DNA of 64,000 bases. It comes from Eledone cirrhosa. Lineage: Eukaryota. The stretch is taken from assembly GCA_964016885.1 (NCBI GenBank), contig OZ024741.1, positions 380,990,001-381,054,000 on the forward strand, in the 5' to 3' direction. The position numbers and the translations under genes are program-made. Position 1 is the first letter of the stretch. Every line of letters begins with the position of its first letter. Shown here one piece after another: positions 13,276-28,757 of this stretch. The notes under the pieces are model-generated. The model was not told the DNA's origin and made no database searches. It was given only the letters and a program-made list of their open reading frames with translations.

Positions 13276-14207
13276 TGTTATTATTATGAGTGGTTCCTTA
13301 ATGTGAGCATTGCGTGGCTTAAGAATGAAATTATTAATAATTGTCTCCACTCCAGGCCAGCAATCACCCAGTGCATTACAATAATATAATATACTTTTTG
13401 TTGTAGTTGGCTGTTATTGCTGCTGGCTATGTCGGTGGTGGTGCCGGGGCTTTTTATATTGTTGGTGAGGAAGGGGTGAGCCAGCAGTCCCATAATTGTT
13501 GATGTAGACGTTTGTCCGTGGCAAGGTCACCAAGTCAATCTATTTATATCTTTTGCTAGCCTCTCTCTTGTCTAGTGCTACCACCACCTTCCCTTTTCTC
13601 TCTCAAGTTAACAGGGGAATAGTGTCAGTAGCATTGAATGAGTGGTGGCGGCGATGATGGATGTGGTGGGGTGGTGGCAGCGGTGGTGTTGTGGTTACTG
13701 ATATAGTATCTATGAGTTTGTGTTCGTATGTTTAATATATATTTTTATTATATTTTGTGTTGACATATTCCCGTAAAATTTGAATTAAACATTTTTTAAA
13801 ATTTGAGACAATAATAATAGTAATTATTATTATGATGCCGGTGAAGTTGCCGTTATATTTAGTGTGATGGGATAGGTAGTGTATCAAGTTATATATACAT
13901 ATATATGTATACATATATATGTATACATATATATGTATACATATATATATATATATATATAAATATATATATACATAAATATGTATACATATATATGTAT
14001 ATATATATATATATATATGTGTGTATACATATATATATATATATGTATACATATATCTATATATATATATATTAATAATAATAATAATTATAATAAGGGA
14101 ATAAAACGCACATGGTGGATATATTTCGTTATGGAATCGCTCCCGTAAGTTTTTGATTTTTACTTATTTAAAACAACTGTGATAGAATAATTCTTATTAT
14201 ATACATA

Positions 14208-14246
<39 letters not shown>

Positions 14247-14252
<6 letters not shown>

Positions 14253-15493
14253 TTAACCTGGCTAAGACTAAAGTTCTAGTTTGTAGGAAAGAAAATAAGG
14301 CGGCGGTCCCTTCCGGGAAATGGCCATGCTCAGTGTGTAGGAAAGGCGTAGGTAGAAACTCCATTTTATGTCCCAAATGCAAAGTATGGGTGCATAAAAG
14401 ATGTAGTGGGATCACAAATAAGCTAACTAAGAACTTAGATTTTACATGTGGGCGGTGCTCTGGTGCAATAAGTAGCAGCAAGTGCCCACAAAATACTAAC
14501 TCTTTCAATTGCGCAGAGGGCTATATAGAAATAGTGGACAGCTTCCGTTACCTGGGTGACAAAATCAGCAGTGGGGGAGGGTGCTCCGAAAGTACAGTAG
14601 CTAGAGTCAGAACTGGATGGAAAAAGTTCAGAGAGCTTATACCACTATTAGCCGCTAAAGGGTTCTCCCTAAAAATGAAAGGCAGGTTGTATGATGCCTG
14701 CATACGAACAGCAATGTTGCATGGCAGTGAGACCTGGGCATTGTGCGCAGAGGATATACGCAGACTAGAGAGGAACGAAGCTTGCATGCTCCGCTGGATG
14801 TGTAATAGTAATATACGTGAACGGCAAAGCATAAACAAACTAAGGAAAAAATTAGAAATAAGAGGGATCAGATGTTGTTTACTCGAGAGAAGGCTACGTT
14901 GGTACGGACACGTGATGCGCATGAAAGTCGATAGCTGTATAACAAAGTGCAGGGCAATAAAGATAGACGGTAGCCACGGAATAGGCAGACCTAGAAAATC
15001 CTGGGACGAGCTGATAAACTCAGACCTCACACACTTACACCTCTCCAAGACAATGTCACTGGACCGAGACCTTTGGCGGTACTCAGTAATAGAGAAGACT
15101 CGCCTTACCTAAATACATAGTAAAACCTACTATAGCCAGTAGGCATCTCTAACAACCCCGTCCCACCACCCCCATCCACACCACCCCCTCCTATGTAAGG
15201 TTATGTTGGTGCCACAACATCCAGGCCGAAACAAATGAGATCGTGTAGGTGTCACGACAAAAAAAAAACACACAGTCCACGCTGTAATGTGGCCGTGTAG
15301 GCAACACGGTAAAAACCTCCCAGTCCCACACTGTAGATGTGGTTGGTGGTAGGAAGGGCATCCAACTGTAGAAAACCTGCCAGACAGTCCTATGCGAGCA
15401 AGACAATCACTCTTGCCTCAAGTGGGAAAACCCCCGTCCAAACTCATGCAAGCGTGGAACACGGACGTTAAACGCTGATGATGATGATGAGGA

Positions 15494-15497
<4 letters not shown>
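14247..15497 (+). mobile_element. 5'-truncated RTE-group LINE (RTE-X-like) with 3' UTR and (GAT)n tail
   Basis: ORF 14333..15112: CPKCKVWVHKRC, FRYLGD, ARVRTGWKKFREL, LHGSETW, RRLRWYGHVMR, GRPRKSW. Ends ggacgttaaacgctgatgatgatg. Confidence 0.85.
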
Positions 15498-15544
<47 letters not shown>

Positions 15545-15759
15545 TATGTATCTATATATATATATACATATATATGTATATATATATACATGTATATTTA
15601 TACATATATATGTATATATATATATATATATACATATATATGTATACATATATATATATCTATATACATATATATGTATATATATACATATATATGTATA
15701 CATATATATATATATATATACCTATATATGTATATATATATATATATACATATATATGC

Positions 15760-15798
<39 letters not shown>
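15496..15798. repeat. (AT)n-rich microsatellite
   Basis: AT run with AC/GT interruptions. Confidence 0.95.
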
Positions 15799-15799
<1 letters not shown>

Positions 15800-18700
15800 G
15801 TTTCGTTTCTGAATTTGGTTAGCAAGATTCTTTATCTGAAATCGTGTGTTGAAACCGATATTGTTATACTTTGGGAGGGTCATGTTGCCAATAAGAAACA
15901 CACGCACCAGTTGCTTTCACTTCAATTTATTATATATTTATAAATTTATAAATTTATAAATTTCTGGTTGGTTGGTTGGTTCCACAACCAGATAGTTGTT
16001 TATATATAGTCATAGTTCTTTCGTCACACACTCTGTGACCTCTTCAGTGACTGGGGATTCCTTTCTTTGTTTCAGTGCCTCTCCTTTGTTCTGTCCTACG
16101 CCATTTTGTTTCTGTGTGTGTGTTGTGTGCTCAGTCTGCGCATGCGCCACATCCGGGTGTCTGTGTGTGTTTATGTTCATTTATTTATTTGTTTATTTAC
16201 ATGTTACTGGTTGGTTGTTTGTTCTATGTGTGTGTGTGTTTTCATTTTGTCCTTAATTGTAAGATGTGATGTTGCTGTTCCACTCATATTTTCTACTTAA
16301 TTTTGGTTGTAATTCTTTTATGCTTATTGCCTCTGTAATTTGTCTAAACATTGCGTCTTTTCTGTGTGTAGATTCTATTTTTATTTCTATGTTCTCTAAT
16401 TTACCCTTGTGTTCTATTTTAGCATGTTTGTAGAGTACAGATGATTCTTTATTATCATGAAGGTCTCACCAGTGTTCATTATATCCGTTCCCCTACACTA
16501 CGAGCTGTCTCACCTATGTACACTATATTTTTGTCTCTACATTGTCCTTCAGAAACATCTTATGCTATACACTACATTTCTAGTTTTACAGTTAATATGG
16601 GGGCTTATTTTACAGGTTATACATTTCTTATCTATACATGAGGGTCTTTGAAAAGGGTATGTCTTGCTAATAAGTGTTTTTAAGGAGGTACCTGGTCTTT
16701 CTACTATCTTAATATTGAGTTTATGTTTATTTAGGGCCCTTCTAAATTTGTAAGCTAATTCACCTCTAGGGGTTGTTTCGATGAACATTACACTCTGGTA
16801 TTTATTGCTATCATACCATGAGTTTATTCTATTAGCCTTGTTCCTAGTTCTTTCTATTCTATTCCAAAATTTGCTCATATGCAAGGGGCAGGTCCCATTT
16901 ATGTCATTATTTACCATTTTTTCCCATTTGGTTCTGGCTGCTCTATACACTCTGATTTTATCTCTCTGATTGTAGCCAGAGAACTGCATACGGTGGATGA
17001 AGTGTTGTATGTGTCTCTCTAGTTCTTCGGGGTTGCACATGCGGGACACATTTCTCATCACCCGTACCAAATCCGCAATCAGTATGTTGATTTTGGTATG
17101 GTCCGAAATGGCCGAGTTTCGGTGGATCAGATGTTTGGAAGTCATTGGTTTGGCATAATGGGAATGGAGATTTGTTTTTTGTTGTTAATGGTATCTAACC
17201 AGAGCTCTATGTCTAGTACAGGTAATCGATGGTTGGGGTGTTTATTTGGGTAGTCTATAGTAACTCTAATGCTCTGGTGGATGGAGTTAGCTATCTGCTG
17301 GATGCTTTCCATTGTGTTTTTGTCTAGTTCCTGACTGTTCTCTAGTGGGGGTGTCTTAACTACGATGTTTATATCATCTACGTAGAGGGAGTACATTATC
17401 AGGGTTAAGGGGTCTTCAATTGTTCTTTAAGTTTAAGTTTAAGTCTACTGTCCCACCATACCATGAATAAGTTAGCTATGTCGCCTGCAATGCTAACACC
17501 AATGGCTGCTCCTTCCTCTTGGGCATATGATTTTCCATTAAATTTGAACATATGTTCATTAAGGGTTAGTTTTATGCTGGCCCCTACCGCATGTGCAATT
17601 ATTTTCTTCAGTTCATCGTGGTTTTCGGGTGTCCGTATGGCTCTGGTCCACCCGTTGCATCTAACTGTGTGGGTTTCCTCGGCCATTGAGGTGATGGTAG
17701 GTGGACTGCCTCTTGCTGGTCTTGTAGGGCACAGGTTGCTAAGGTCATATGTGTCTAGGTAATTATTACTATAGGTAAGCTTAACTAGGAGTCCCAGCTC
17801 ACTGGTATCAATCCCACGGAACTCAACATTGCTCTCACTGATCATTTCTACGCATTTCTCCACAGCAAAATCGACGTCAATAGATGGATACAGGGACACA
17901 ACATCCATACTGCCTATTATGCAGTTTGTTAGGTCCCCAGATCGGTTACTCACGCCGATTCTGCTGAGGAGGTCCTCCGTGCTGTCACATACATCTGGGG
18001 ACATTTCAATGATGGGGCGTATGATCAGGGAGAGGAGGTAGGACAGTCTTTAGTTACTAGCAATGTTAGCTCCACAGACTGGCCGTGTTGGTGGTCCCGC
18101 GACAGGGTCACTGCCCGGTTTATGGTCTTTTCGAATCCCATACAACGCCGGCACGTCATTGTTCCAGGCCTGGAAGTTGTTGGCAGTCCTTTTGTTGGGC
18201 TGCATTATATTCGTCCACATCACCATATGGGCATTGAGGGCTTTTTCTCTATCCTCATGCTCCTGTGGTGTTACCTCTCTTGTGTTAGTGATGTGGGGTT
18301 GCATTGCCTGGATGTAGTTTGGCAGGCTGTCAACCGACATTCTGCCAGACTTGTCTGTTGGAAAGCATGCTATCTCTCCATTACGCGAGCGCTGCATGAG
18401 CTTACGCAAGCCATTTGCAGATTTTTCTCCCAGTTGCTGGGCCTCCATTCTATTATGCTTCTTGGTTTACTGTTCTATAATATTTCTAAGTTCGGATCTA
18501 GCTATACTAAATTGTGCTTCTGTTTGTTCATCGACCTGCGACGGCAATTGCGTGCGTTTGTTAAATGGTAAAGGCGTAGCGTGGACTCGTCTCAGGTCGA
18601 ACGATTTATCGGAGGGATTATAAAAAGTAGAGTTCCAGGCTGCTGCTTTATGTGTACTAGTGCTATTGTTATTGTTAGTTGTGTTGTTTCTATTTCTATT

Positions 18701-19529
18701 TCCACCAACAGCCTCATGGTTGTTTCTATGTCTCTCATAATTACTCCTGTCTCTTTCCACTGGCTCATTGTTGTTATCTACCCTATTTTGTGTGTCTATG
18801 TGTTCGTCTTATTTATTCTCTTTGTCCTTATTCTCCCTTCTCCTTTTAATCCTATTACTTTCCCTTATTTCTGTGATTTCTGTGCTACTGTCATTACTTG
18901 TTTTCTGTGTCTGTGTGTTTGTTAAGATTGTGGTGGTGGTGAGAGGCATTGAATGTGTGTGTGTTGTTGTTGTTGATGTGTGCTGTTGTTGATGTGTGTT
19001 GTTGTTGTTGTCGCCGTGTGTGTTATTATTGTTGTGTGTGTTGTTATTGTTGTTTGTGTCTGCGTGTCTGTCGTTGTTGTTTCTGAGTATGTTATTATTG
19101 TTGATGTGTGTGTTGTTGTTATTGTTGTTTGTGTCTGTGTGTCTGTTGTTGTTGGGATGTGTGTTGTATATGTGTGTGCGTATATTGTTGCTTTTGTTTT
19201 TGTATTTGTTTTTGAGGCTCCAGCGTAGTTTTGTAAATGATTTTTTTTATTTCTGACAGACAACAAATCATATTTACCTTCTTGAATGTCGCAAATTTCG
19301 GGGGTAAACATAACACAGACATCTCATCGTCATCTATTCTTGTGTTACCATATATATTTGTGTTGTTGTTGTTGTTGAACTCTTCTGTTAATGAGGTGTC
19401 GGCCATATTTATACCGTCAATTTTGTCGCGATATCTATTGGTATTCTCTATAGTATCCTGATTTAGCTTTAGCTTTATCTGCTTAAGCCACTTTAGTTTC
19501 TTGGTAAAGTGCTTATCACATTCTTGAGT
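15799..19529 (-). mobile_element. Penelope-like element family A, near-complete but frameshifted (RT, GIY-YIG, pLTR)
   Basis: ORF pieces 19119..19406 (VLCLPPKFA), 18467..18760, 18050..18448 (PTDKSGR), 17405..18004 (SMDVVSLYPSI, QEEGAAIG..IANLFM), 17142..17396 (YVDDI), 16549..17145. GIY-YIG runs to ~16258; pLTR 15799-16257. Confidence 0.9.
16008..16052 (-). ncRNA. Hammerhead motif in PLE-A pLTR
   Basis: agtca-CTGAAGA-ggtcacagagtgtgtgac-GAAA-gaac-TA-tgact (stem II gtcaca/tgtgac). Confidence 0.65.
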
Positions 19530-19563
19530 AATCAGGATACTATAGAGAATACTATAGAGAATA

Positions 19564-20794
19564 CAAAATCAACATACTGATTGCGGATTTGGTACGGGTG
19601 ATGAGAAATGTGTCCCGCATGTGCAACCCGAAGAACTAGAGAGACACATACAACACTTCATCCACCGTATGCAGTTCTCTGGCTACAATCAGAGAGATAA
19701 AATCAGAGTGTATAGAGGAGCCAGAACCAAATGGGAAAAAATGGTAAATAATGACATAAATGGGACCTGCCCCTTGTATAGGAGCAAATTTTGGAATAGA
19801 ATAGAAAGAACTAGGAACAAGGCTAATAGAATAAACTCATGGTATGATAGCAATAAATACCAGAGTGTAATGTTCATCGATACAATCCCTAGAGGTGAAT
19901 TAGCTTACAAATTTAGAAGGGCCCTAAATAAACATAAACTCAATATTAAGATAGTAGAAAGACCAGGTACCTCCGTAAAAACACTTATTAGCAAGACATA
20001 CCCTTTTCAAAGACCCTCATGTATAGATAAGAAATGTATAACCTGTAAAATAAGCCCCCATATTAACTGTAAAACTAGAAATGTAGTGTATAGCATAAGA
20101 TGTACTGAAGGACAATCTAGAGACAAAAATATAGTGTACATAGGTGAGACAGCTCGTAGTGTAGGGGAACGGATAAATGAACACTGGCGAGACCTTCAAG
20201 ATAATAAAGAATCATCTGTACTCTACCAACATGCTAAAATAGAACACAAGGGTAAATTAGAGAACATAGAAATAAAAAAAGAATCTACACACAGAAAAGA
20301 CGCAATGTTTAGACAAATTACAGAGGCAATAAACATAAAAGAATTACAACCAAAATTAAATAGAAAATATGAGTGGAACAGCAACATCACAACTTACAAT
20401 TAAGGACAAAATGAAAACACACACACACATAGAACAAACAACCAACCAGTAACATGTAAATAAACAAATAAATAAATGAACATAAACACACACAGACACT
20501 CGGATGTGGCGCATGCGCAGACTGAGCACACAACACACACACAGAAACAAAATGGCGTAGGACAGAACAAAGGAGAGGCACAGAAACAAAGAAAGGAATC
20601 CCCAGTCACTGAAGAGGTCACAGAGTGTGTGACGAAAGAACTATGACTATATATAAACAACTATCTGGTTGTGGAACCAACCAACCAGAAATTTATAAAT
20701 TTATAAATTTATAAATATATAATAAATTGAAGTGAAAGCAACTGGTGCGTGTGTTTCTTATTGGCAACATGACCCTCCCAAAGTATAACAATAT
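19564..20794 (+). mobile_element. Inverted partial copy of PLE-A 3' end (open GIY-YIG frame 19621..20403 plus pLTR)
   Basis: Near-identical reverse complement of ~15857-17095; VVYSIRC...VYIGETARSVGERINEH...RQITEAINI..LN. Confidence 0.9.
20604..20648 (+). ncRNA. Hammerhead motif in PLE-A pLTR
   Basis: agtca-CTGAAGA-ggtcacagagtgtgtgac-GAAA-gaac-TA-tgact; 5-bp stem I. Confidence 0.65.
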
Positions 20795-21870
<1,076 letters not shown>

Positions 21871-22781
21871 CCTGACTTGAACACAGCATAGGGATAATCA
21901 ACAATGCTTTCTCACACCATACCTCATTTCAGTACCACCGTTTGAAGTTCCGATCGCACACCATTTGTCATTTCACTACAATTGTTTTCTTTGTCAAACT
22001 TTAACTTGTAGCCCGCTGTAAGTTTCAATCCCGTAAATGTCATGTCGCATTCATCACCAAACACCCACCACCACGAAATACATCGCCATACATTCACAAC
22101 CATCAACTTCACCAACACATACCACATTCCAACGAGGCACGAGCATACCGCCAACACCATATGCCCCACCACAACTGTTCGCATCACCCCATATTGTATC
22201 AGTAATTTCACCACCACTCTTCAACATCGCTTCTCATACCATTTCTACCACGTATGTACAATGCCTACTTGGATCGGTGCGTCCGGAATGACATACAACC
22301 CATATGGCGCGTGCGCGGTCGGTCCCACGGGACCAGCATGGATGCCCAAGATGAATAATAAAGTACGCAAATCCGACTATGCATGACCTCCATGCGAGCC
22401 TCTGTGGAGTGACGTATATACGGGGGCATGCTTGTGTATATATGTGTTTGTACCTATGCGTGCGCGCGTGTGTATATATATATGTGTGCATGTGTGTATA
22501 TATGGGTGTATGTACACGTACATAAGTGGATGTGTGTATGCATTCATATGAGTGTGTGTGAGTGCCCGTGTGTACATGGATATATACTAGCGTGTGTGCA
22601 CCATGTATATATGTATGTATATATGTGTGTATATATATAGGTATATATGTATGGGCGTGTATGTGGTTGTCTGCTTGTGCATGGATATATACGAGTGTGT
22701 CTGTGCGTGTGTGTGTACGTTTACACCCTTCCTCACAAAATGTTCCCTGATTTGTGCACACACACACACACACACACACAT

Positions 22782-22828
<47 letters not shown>

Positions 22829-22970
22829 AAATATTTGGTCGTTTTGGAAGCCTCAACAATGCAGATGGGTAAATCTCCGGGTAACAGAATCCGGTGGTGA
22901 AGAGAGAGATGTAAGAGGAAATGTAGAATAAGACGTATAGTGTGTAGAGCAACGTAGGAAAGAGCATACA

Positions 22971-23146
22971 AATAATTGTTTCTACTTTTGGCACAAGGCC
23001 AGGAATTATCCCAGTGCATTACTGGTACTTTATTTTATCGATCCCGTAAGAATGAAAGGCAAAGTTAACCTCGGCGAGATTTGAACTCAGATCACAAAGG
23101 GCTGTAACTCTATGTTGCAAGACATGGTGTCCGACCCCCTACCGAT
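22971..23146 (-). mobile_element. tRNA-derived SINE
   Basis: Reverse complement of the 39378-39570 family. Confidence 0.85.
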
Positions 23147-23559
23147 AATAATAACACGAGACAGAGTTACCTTGGAAGAGATTTAATTGTCCCTATATTT
23201 CGGATTTCGCATCCATCAACTAGTGTGTTTTTCTGAGGGGAAAGTTTTTCGTCGGAGAGGAACGGTACGTGACATCTGTTGTCCGCCGTTTGTGTACAAT
23301 TGAAATATTCTGTAAAGCACGCGTCCGCGCGGAATAGCTGCGGTCAAGCAAAGGTTGAGGTAGTTCCTTTTTACTATGGGAATGGGATGGTGTTTCGCTG
23401 TCAATCCATTATGCTATCTATATTCGGTCTTTGATACTGGCAGTGTTGGTGGTCTACCTGATTGTCATTTGTTGGTCGGTGGATGATGGGCGCGCTATAC
23501 ACACAATAGCAATCGTTCGAGTGCCACTGTGTGTGTGTGCGTGTGTTGTTGTTTCGTTT

Positions 23560-23760
23560 GTTTACACCAGCCATCTCGTCTCGCTTCTCTCGGATCGGTT
23601 ATTTATTTGTGGTCCTAGGCGTTTGATCCAAAGTGCTTCTTTGATTCTTAAAGTGCCGACGTTGCGTTCTGTCTCTAGCACTGTGACAATGGGCCTTCCG
23701 TCTTTGTTTCCGCATTTGGTTATATGTTTCCGGAAAGACGAGGCCCTGTATGTATATGGG
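23560..23760 (-). pseudogene. PLE GIY-YIG C-terminal relic
   Basis: ORF 23562..23801: FRKHITKC...VTVLETERN...LRIKEALWIKRLGPQINNRSE. Confidence 0.65.
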
Positions 23761-24425
23761 TTCGTGTCTCTGTGTGTGTATGTGTGTGTGTCTCGTCCCA
23801 TATGTATATACTTTCTGTGTGCGTGGAGGTATACAAGTATGTATGTGTGTGTGTATGTATGTTTACACTCATGCCCACATCATGTCTCCTCACTCGCGTG
23901 CGTACACGCATATATATGTATATCCTATGTATGTGTGTGTACGTATATTTATATGTATATATATAGGTATAGTTCCATATGTATATGATCTGTATATACA
24001 AATCTCTGCATCATTCTACTTCGTGTATAGATATCTTCCATGTCCACTACCCCACCACATCTTTCGCTCCTTATAGCACGAGTCCCCTTAATAACCCCTT
24101 ACCACTCCAACACCCCACCACCGCAATTTTTCATCCACTATCATGAACCGCACCAGCACCACACCGATCAGAAAATCAGCCTCAGCAGACGCGACAACTT
24201 GACTAGTGACAGTCACAACGACATTCCCCGCCACCCACTTGAACCTATGACCCGCACCACCAACCGATCACAACACTCCCCCCACCCCCACCCCACCCCA
24301 CCTACACCACAGGCGAAAATATCCCTCTGAATTAACCCACCAACCAAAACAAATTTCACTGACCAGCATATGAATATTAAACTTTCTCATACGCCATGTA
24401 TATTTATCCCGCCATTACCACTAAA

Positions 24426-24514
24426 GATGTCCGAAGAGCAGTTGATTACAGAGTCGGGCTAGAACGATACAGAGCGAACCTTGAACTGATCAATAGCGAA
24501 ACGCGCGTCACCAA
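24426..24514 (+). ncRNA. Degenerate hammerhead with long stem II (pLTR-like)
   Basis: CCGAAGA-gc a gttgat...atcaat a gc-GAAA-cgcgcg-TC followed by AATAAA (24517). Core U4 is mutated and stem I is weak. Confidence 0.4.
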
Positions 24515-25754
24515 CCAATAAACGTAATGAAGGAGTAACCACTCGTTAATGTTTTATTTTATGATATATATATATATATATTCGTGCGTAATCAATCGGC
24601 AGAACTCTTCGTCAGCTAAAATCTGTAGTGGTAGCGATTTACTGTTAAACACATCCAGTACACCTCACTATCACAACTTAGCTATTCACTCATGTCTATG
24701 AAGCTGCTCGAATGACACTCATCGTTTGTTGATAGGAAACCATTTAATAGCATAATATTCAGACTAAAATCAAAAACCTTAAGACGACTTTCTTACTCAT
24801 GTAATTGAAGAAATTGTATCAACAAAACAAATGACTAGTCAGTAACAATTTATTGGGCTTCTGTAAAACAAGTAAATACAACTCCGTATGGACTAAAACC
24901 ATTTGTTTTTTCAAAGTTTTTGGTTTTGTGTTGGCGTTTCCAATTTGCAAACGTTAAAGTTAGCAGTCGATAGTCAACTTTCTCCAATGTAATTTAAGAA
25001 ATTCTATGAACACAAAACAAATGAGTCTCTGAATTGGAACCATTTATTAGACTTCTACGAAAGAAAGTATGCGATGCAACTTTCCGTTACAAATAGAATG
25101 TATTGATTTTATTTTCTCGGATTTTTAGATTTTAGTTTAGAGGGTGATTATATAATTCGGTACAACTAACTTCTTTATAATTCTAATTTTAATGTTTTCA
25201 TCTATACATTATGCTCTCCAAAGGCCACCAAGAGGCTGGAGTTCTCAGCAGTGTTACAGATTACTGTCGTGAACCAGTAAATGTAAGAGAGAATATATGT
25301 AAATATTTTATATTTCAAATTTTAAAAGTTTAAGATGTTTAAGATTATTTTCTCAAACACAAGGAATGTAAATGATTTAGACATACTGCTGTCAATATGA
25401 TGTGTATTTACTGGATAAGACATTACTACCAAGAATGTGCTGTCAATTAAATAAGTATCAGTAATATGCTGATGTTTATTCAACCGATTGTATACCTTTC
25501 TTGCATACAATATTTGCTCTAGTTTTCAAAGTAGAAATCAATATGTAAATCTCATCATTGAGTGTTATTCTCTAGAGATAACAACTTCGTGGGCCTGGTC
25601 GATACAGCATCGTTAATTCACATATTGCATCATATTCGCTTAATTTGCATTATGCTAATCGAAGGAATCAATATGCAAAACACACGATATGTTGTCAATT
25701 GTTTGCATAACTATAAATATTGTAATTACACACACATATCTTACACGTACACAC

Positions 25755-25824
<70 letters not shown>

Positions 25825-27959
25825 CACACACACACACACACACACACATATGTATATATATAGAGAGAGAGAGTGAGAGAGAGAGAGAGAGCGAGATGGG
25901 GGAGACAGAGAGGGAGGGAAATGGGAAAGATAGATAATTAGTTAAGTATATTACACGTTACAGTGTCATCCTTTGATAAAATTAATACATGCCTCTGCAC
26001 ATTTTCGTTTCGAGAATCCTCTGACACAAACTACTTACCTATAGAATTTGGTGTATGCCAACAAAAATGTGACTTTTTATGGACTAAGTTTACATAAAAC
26101 AAAAGCATAAGTAAATTATACAAGTGAGATAGATAAAAAGAACCATTTTTGTGTAGTCTCCAATGATTTCTACATACGAAGCCTTCTTGTGGTGTCTGCC
26201 AATGTTTTCTTTTAATTTTCTATTTTATACAATTCGTTGTTTAAATGTTAGGTGCTGCTTTATTTATTTACTTATTTATTCATTTATTTCTTTATTTATT
26301 TATTTTTTTTGACAGATATATGAATGTAAATCACTAAACAATCTGTGACCAAAAAGAAAAAGAAATATATGGTCATTTTCCCTTTTCTTCTTTCAGGAGA
26401 GACTGTATTCAGTTTACTCAGACTCCATCTTCCTAGTTCAAAGACTACACCCGAAAACTTTAAGTTACAAGTTTTCGGATTGGATCATCTGTATCCCGTT
26501 ATTTCTACGCATAAACGTGTAGATTTATTTATCAATTACTAAAGGAACATATTTTAGGTTTGACTGGGGAAATTTAAAGTTTTACTTCAATATTAATTTT
26601 TCTTTACTAATTGATTATTACTATTTTATGCACCAATCTTCCACTTCGTCAATTTAATCACCCAACCACTATATTTCATATTAGCTACTTACATTCCTTA
26701 TCTGTGATGCCATACCTACAATAAATTAACTAATCTAATTAGCACTATATTCAAGTCAACTCTATTTATATATATATATATAAAATTGCAAGTTTGAAGA
26801 ATTTCTAGATAAAATATATACAGTATTTCCTCTCCCTAGTCCGTAGAAATCAGCCACATAAATAATCATTTGAACGAGGCTATACGTTTAAAATGTAACT
26901 ATGAAGAAGTAATAGACAAATGATACAGACTATCTTCCGCGAGAGACAGCCAGATCAAATTTATCTAATACTTCCTTTTAGCCCGTAGAAATTGACTAGA
27001 CAAATAATCAACTACACGGAGTTAGGTTTAAAATAGATGTTAGAAGAAAACATGCATATAAACTTTACCAAAATTCCTCTAGTCCCGACTATCGGCAGTT
27101 TCGTTACTTTTTGATCGGATATATCCGATTCTGGATCTATCCACGAGGCTTGGAGCTTATCAAGAGACACTTTGAGTTTGGACTAAAATTTCTACCGTGA
27201 TCCCCGCCAGAAATGAATTAAAAAAATGGCTAAGAATTATCACGTGGCTATGTCTAATTATATACATATATCCCTTTGAATTTAATATATACTCCCGTAA
27301 GGTTGAGTAAAACTTTAGGCAGTATCTAGCTGCACTTTCTAGCAACCAGCCTACTCGCCACCTGGCAACCAATCACAACTTTCTGCCTTGACCGCTATAT
27401 ACGTTATTTTCTTGATCCAGTATATTCTCCTTATTCTCTTTGACTATTAACACGTCAATTAAAGTTTAAAATAACCTGGCACCAGTGAAACATACAATAT
27501 ATATACGCCGCTGTATGTCATTTCTCTACTAAATAAAAGTAATTCTTTTGTGTGTGTTATGTTTTCCTCTAACATTCGTCATCCTTTTCCAAAGTACATA
27601 TCATTTAGGAAAAACACATTTCGTTTTTATCGTAAATACCCCGTATTTCATGTTTACAATTTTTCATACCTCATTGTTTACTGACTCTCGAATTAGCCAG
27701 AGATGTTCATCACTTTCTCTCTTTCATTGAGAATATGATTCTATTGAATTGGTAAACAACATTCTTTAATTAACACATTGCAAGAGTTTAACTTCAATAT
27801 AAAACTAATATATCTCAGATTTACAGATTGTACTACTGGGTTAATTATGTGAGTCCTTAACAGACACTGAGTTTAGTTCCCACACCGCATCGTGATTCGT
27901 TATGATGAAAATAAACAATTATTTGTATAAAGAGAGTCGCGAAACGTCTCTCCTCTCTT

Positions 27960-28027
<68 letters not shown>

Positions 28028-28124
28028 CGTGTGTGTGTCTAATATATATAATATGATATAATACATATACATATATATATAAGGAATAAAAATAACAAGG
28101 GTTAAATTACATTAAATGATTTAC

Positions 28125-28670
28125 TCGCTGCTACCTCTAGAGGGGAAATTGCGTATCGTTTTAGAGAAGCTTTAGAAAAAATGAGCCTTAGAATTAAATT
28201 AGTAGAAAAACCAGGAGCTACCATAAAATCCCGGATCAATAGAACGTTCCGATTTAGGAAAAAAAAACAAGTACTCTTAGAAACTGTATAGTCTGTAAGA
28301 TAAGCCCACAGATAAACTATGAAACTAGAAATGTAGTCTATAGGATAAGACGTTCAGAGGGAAGATGCAGAAACAGGACAACGATATACACAGGGACGAC
28401 AGCGCGTAGTATAGGAGAGATTTAAAAGGAACACTGGCGAGAACTTAAAGAAGAGAAAGGCTCATCACTGATATGCCAACATCTACACTACAAAACGAGA
28501 GCGCAATAGATAACATAGACATAAAGACTCTACCCACACATAGAATGGATGCAATTCCCAGAAAATGACGGAATTTATTCACATTATAGAAGATAGTCCT
28601 GACCTGAGGAGAAAAAAAAAACGTGTGGAATAGTAACAGCCAACAACTTAATGACTGATGACAGGATAAA

Positions 28671-28757
<87 letters not shown>

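Noticed and set aside
22280-22375. GC-rich hairpins before AATAAA as another ribozyme
   Set aside because: Stems exist (ggtccc/gggacc, gcgtcc/ggatgc) but no recognisable catalytic core.
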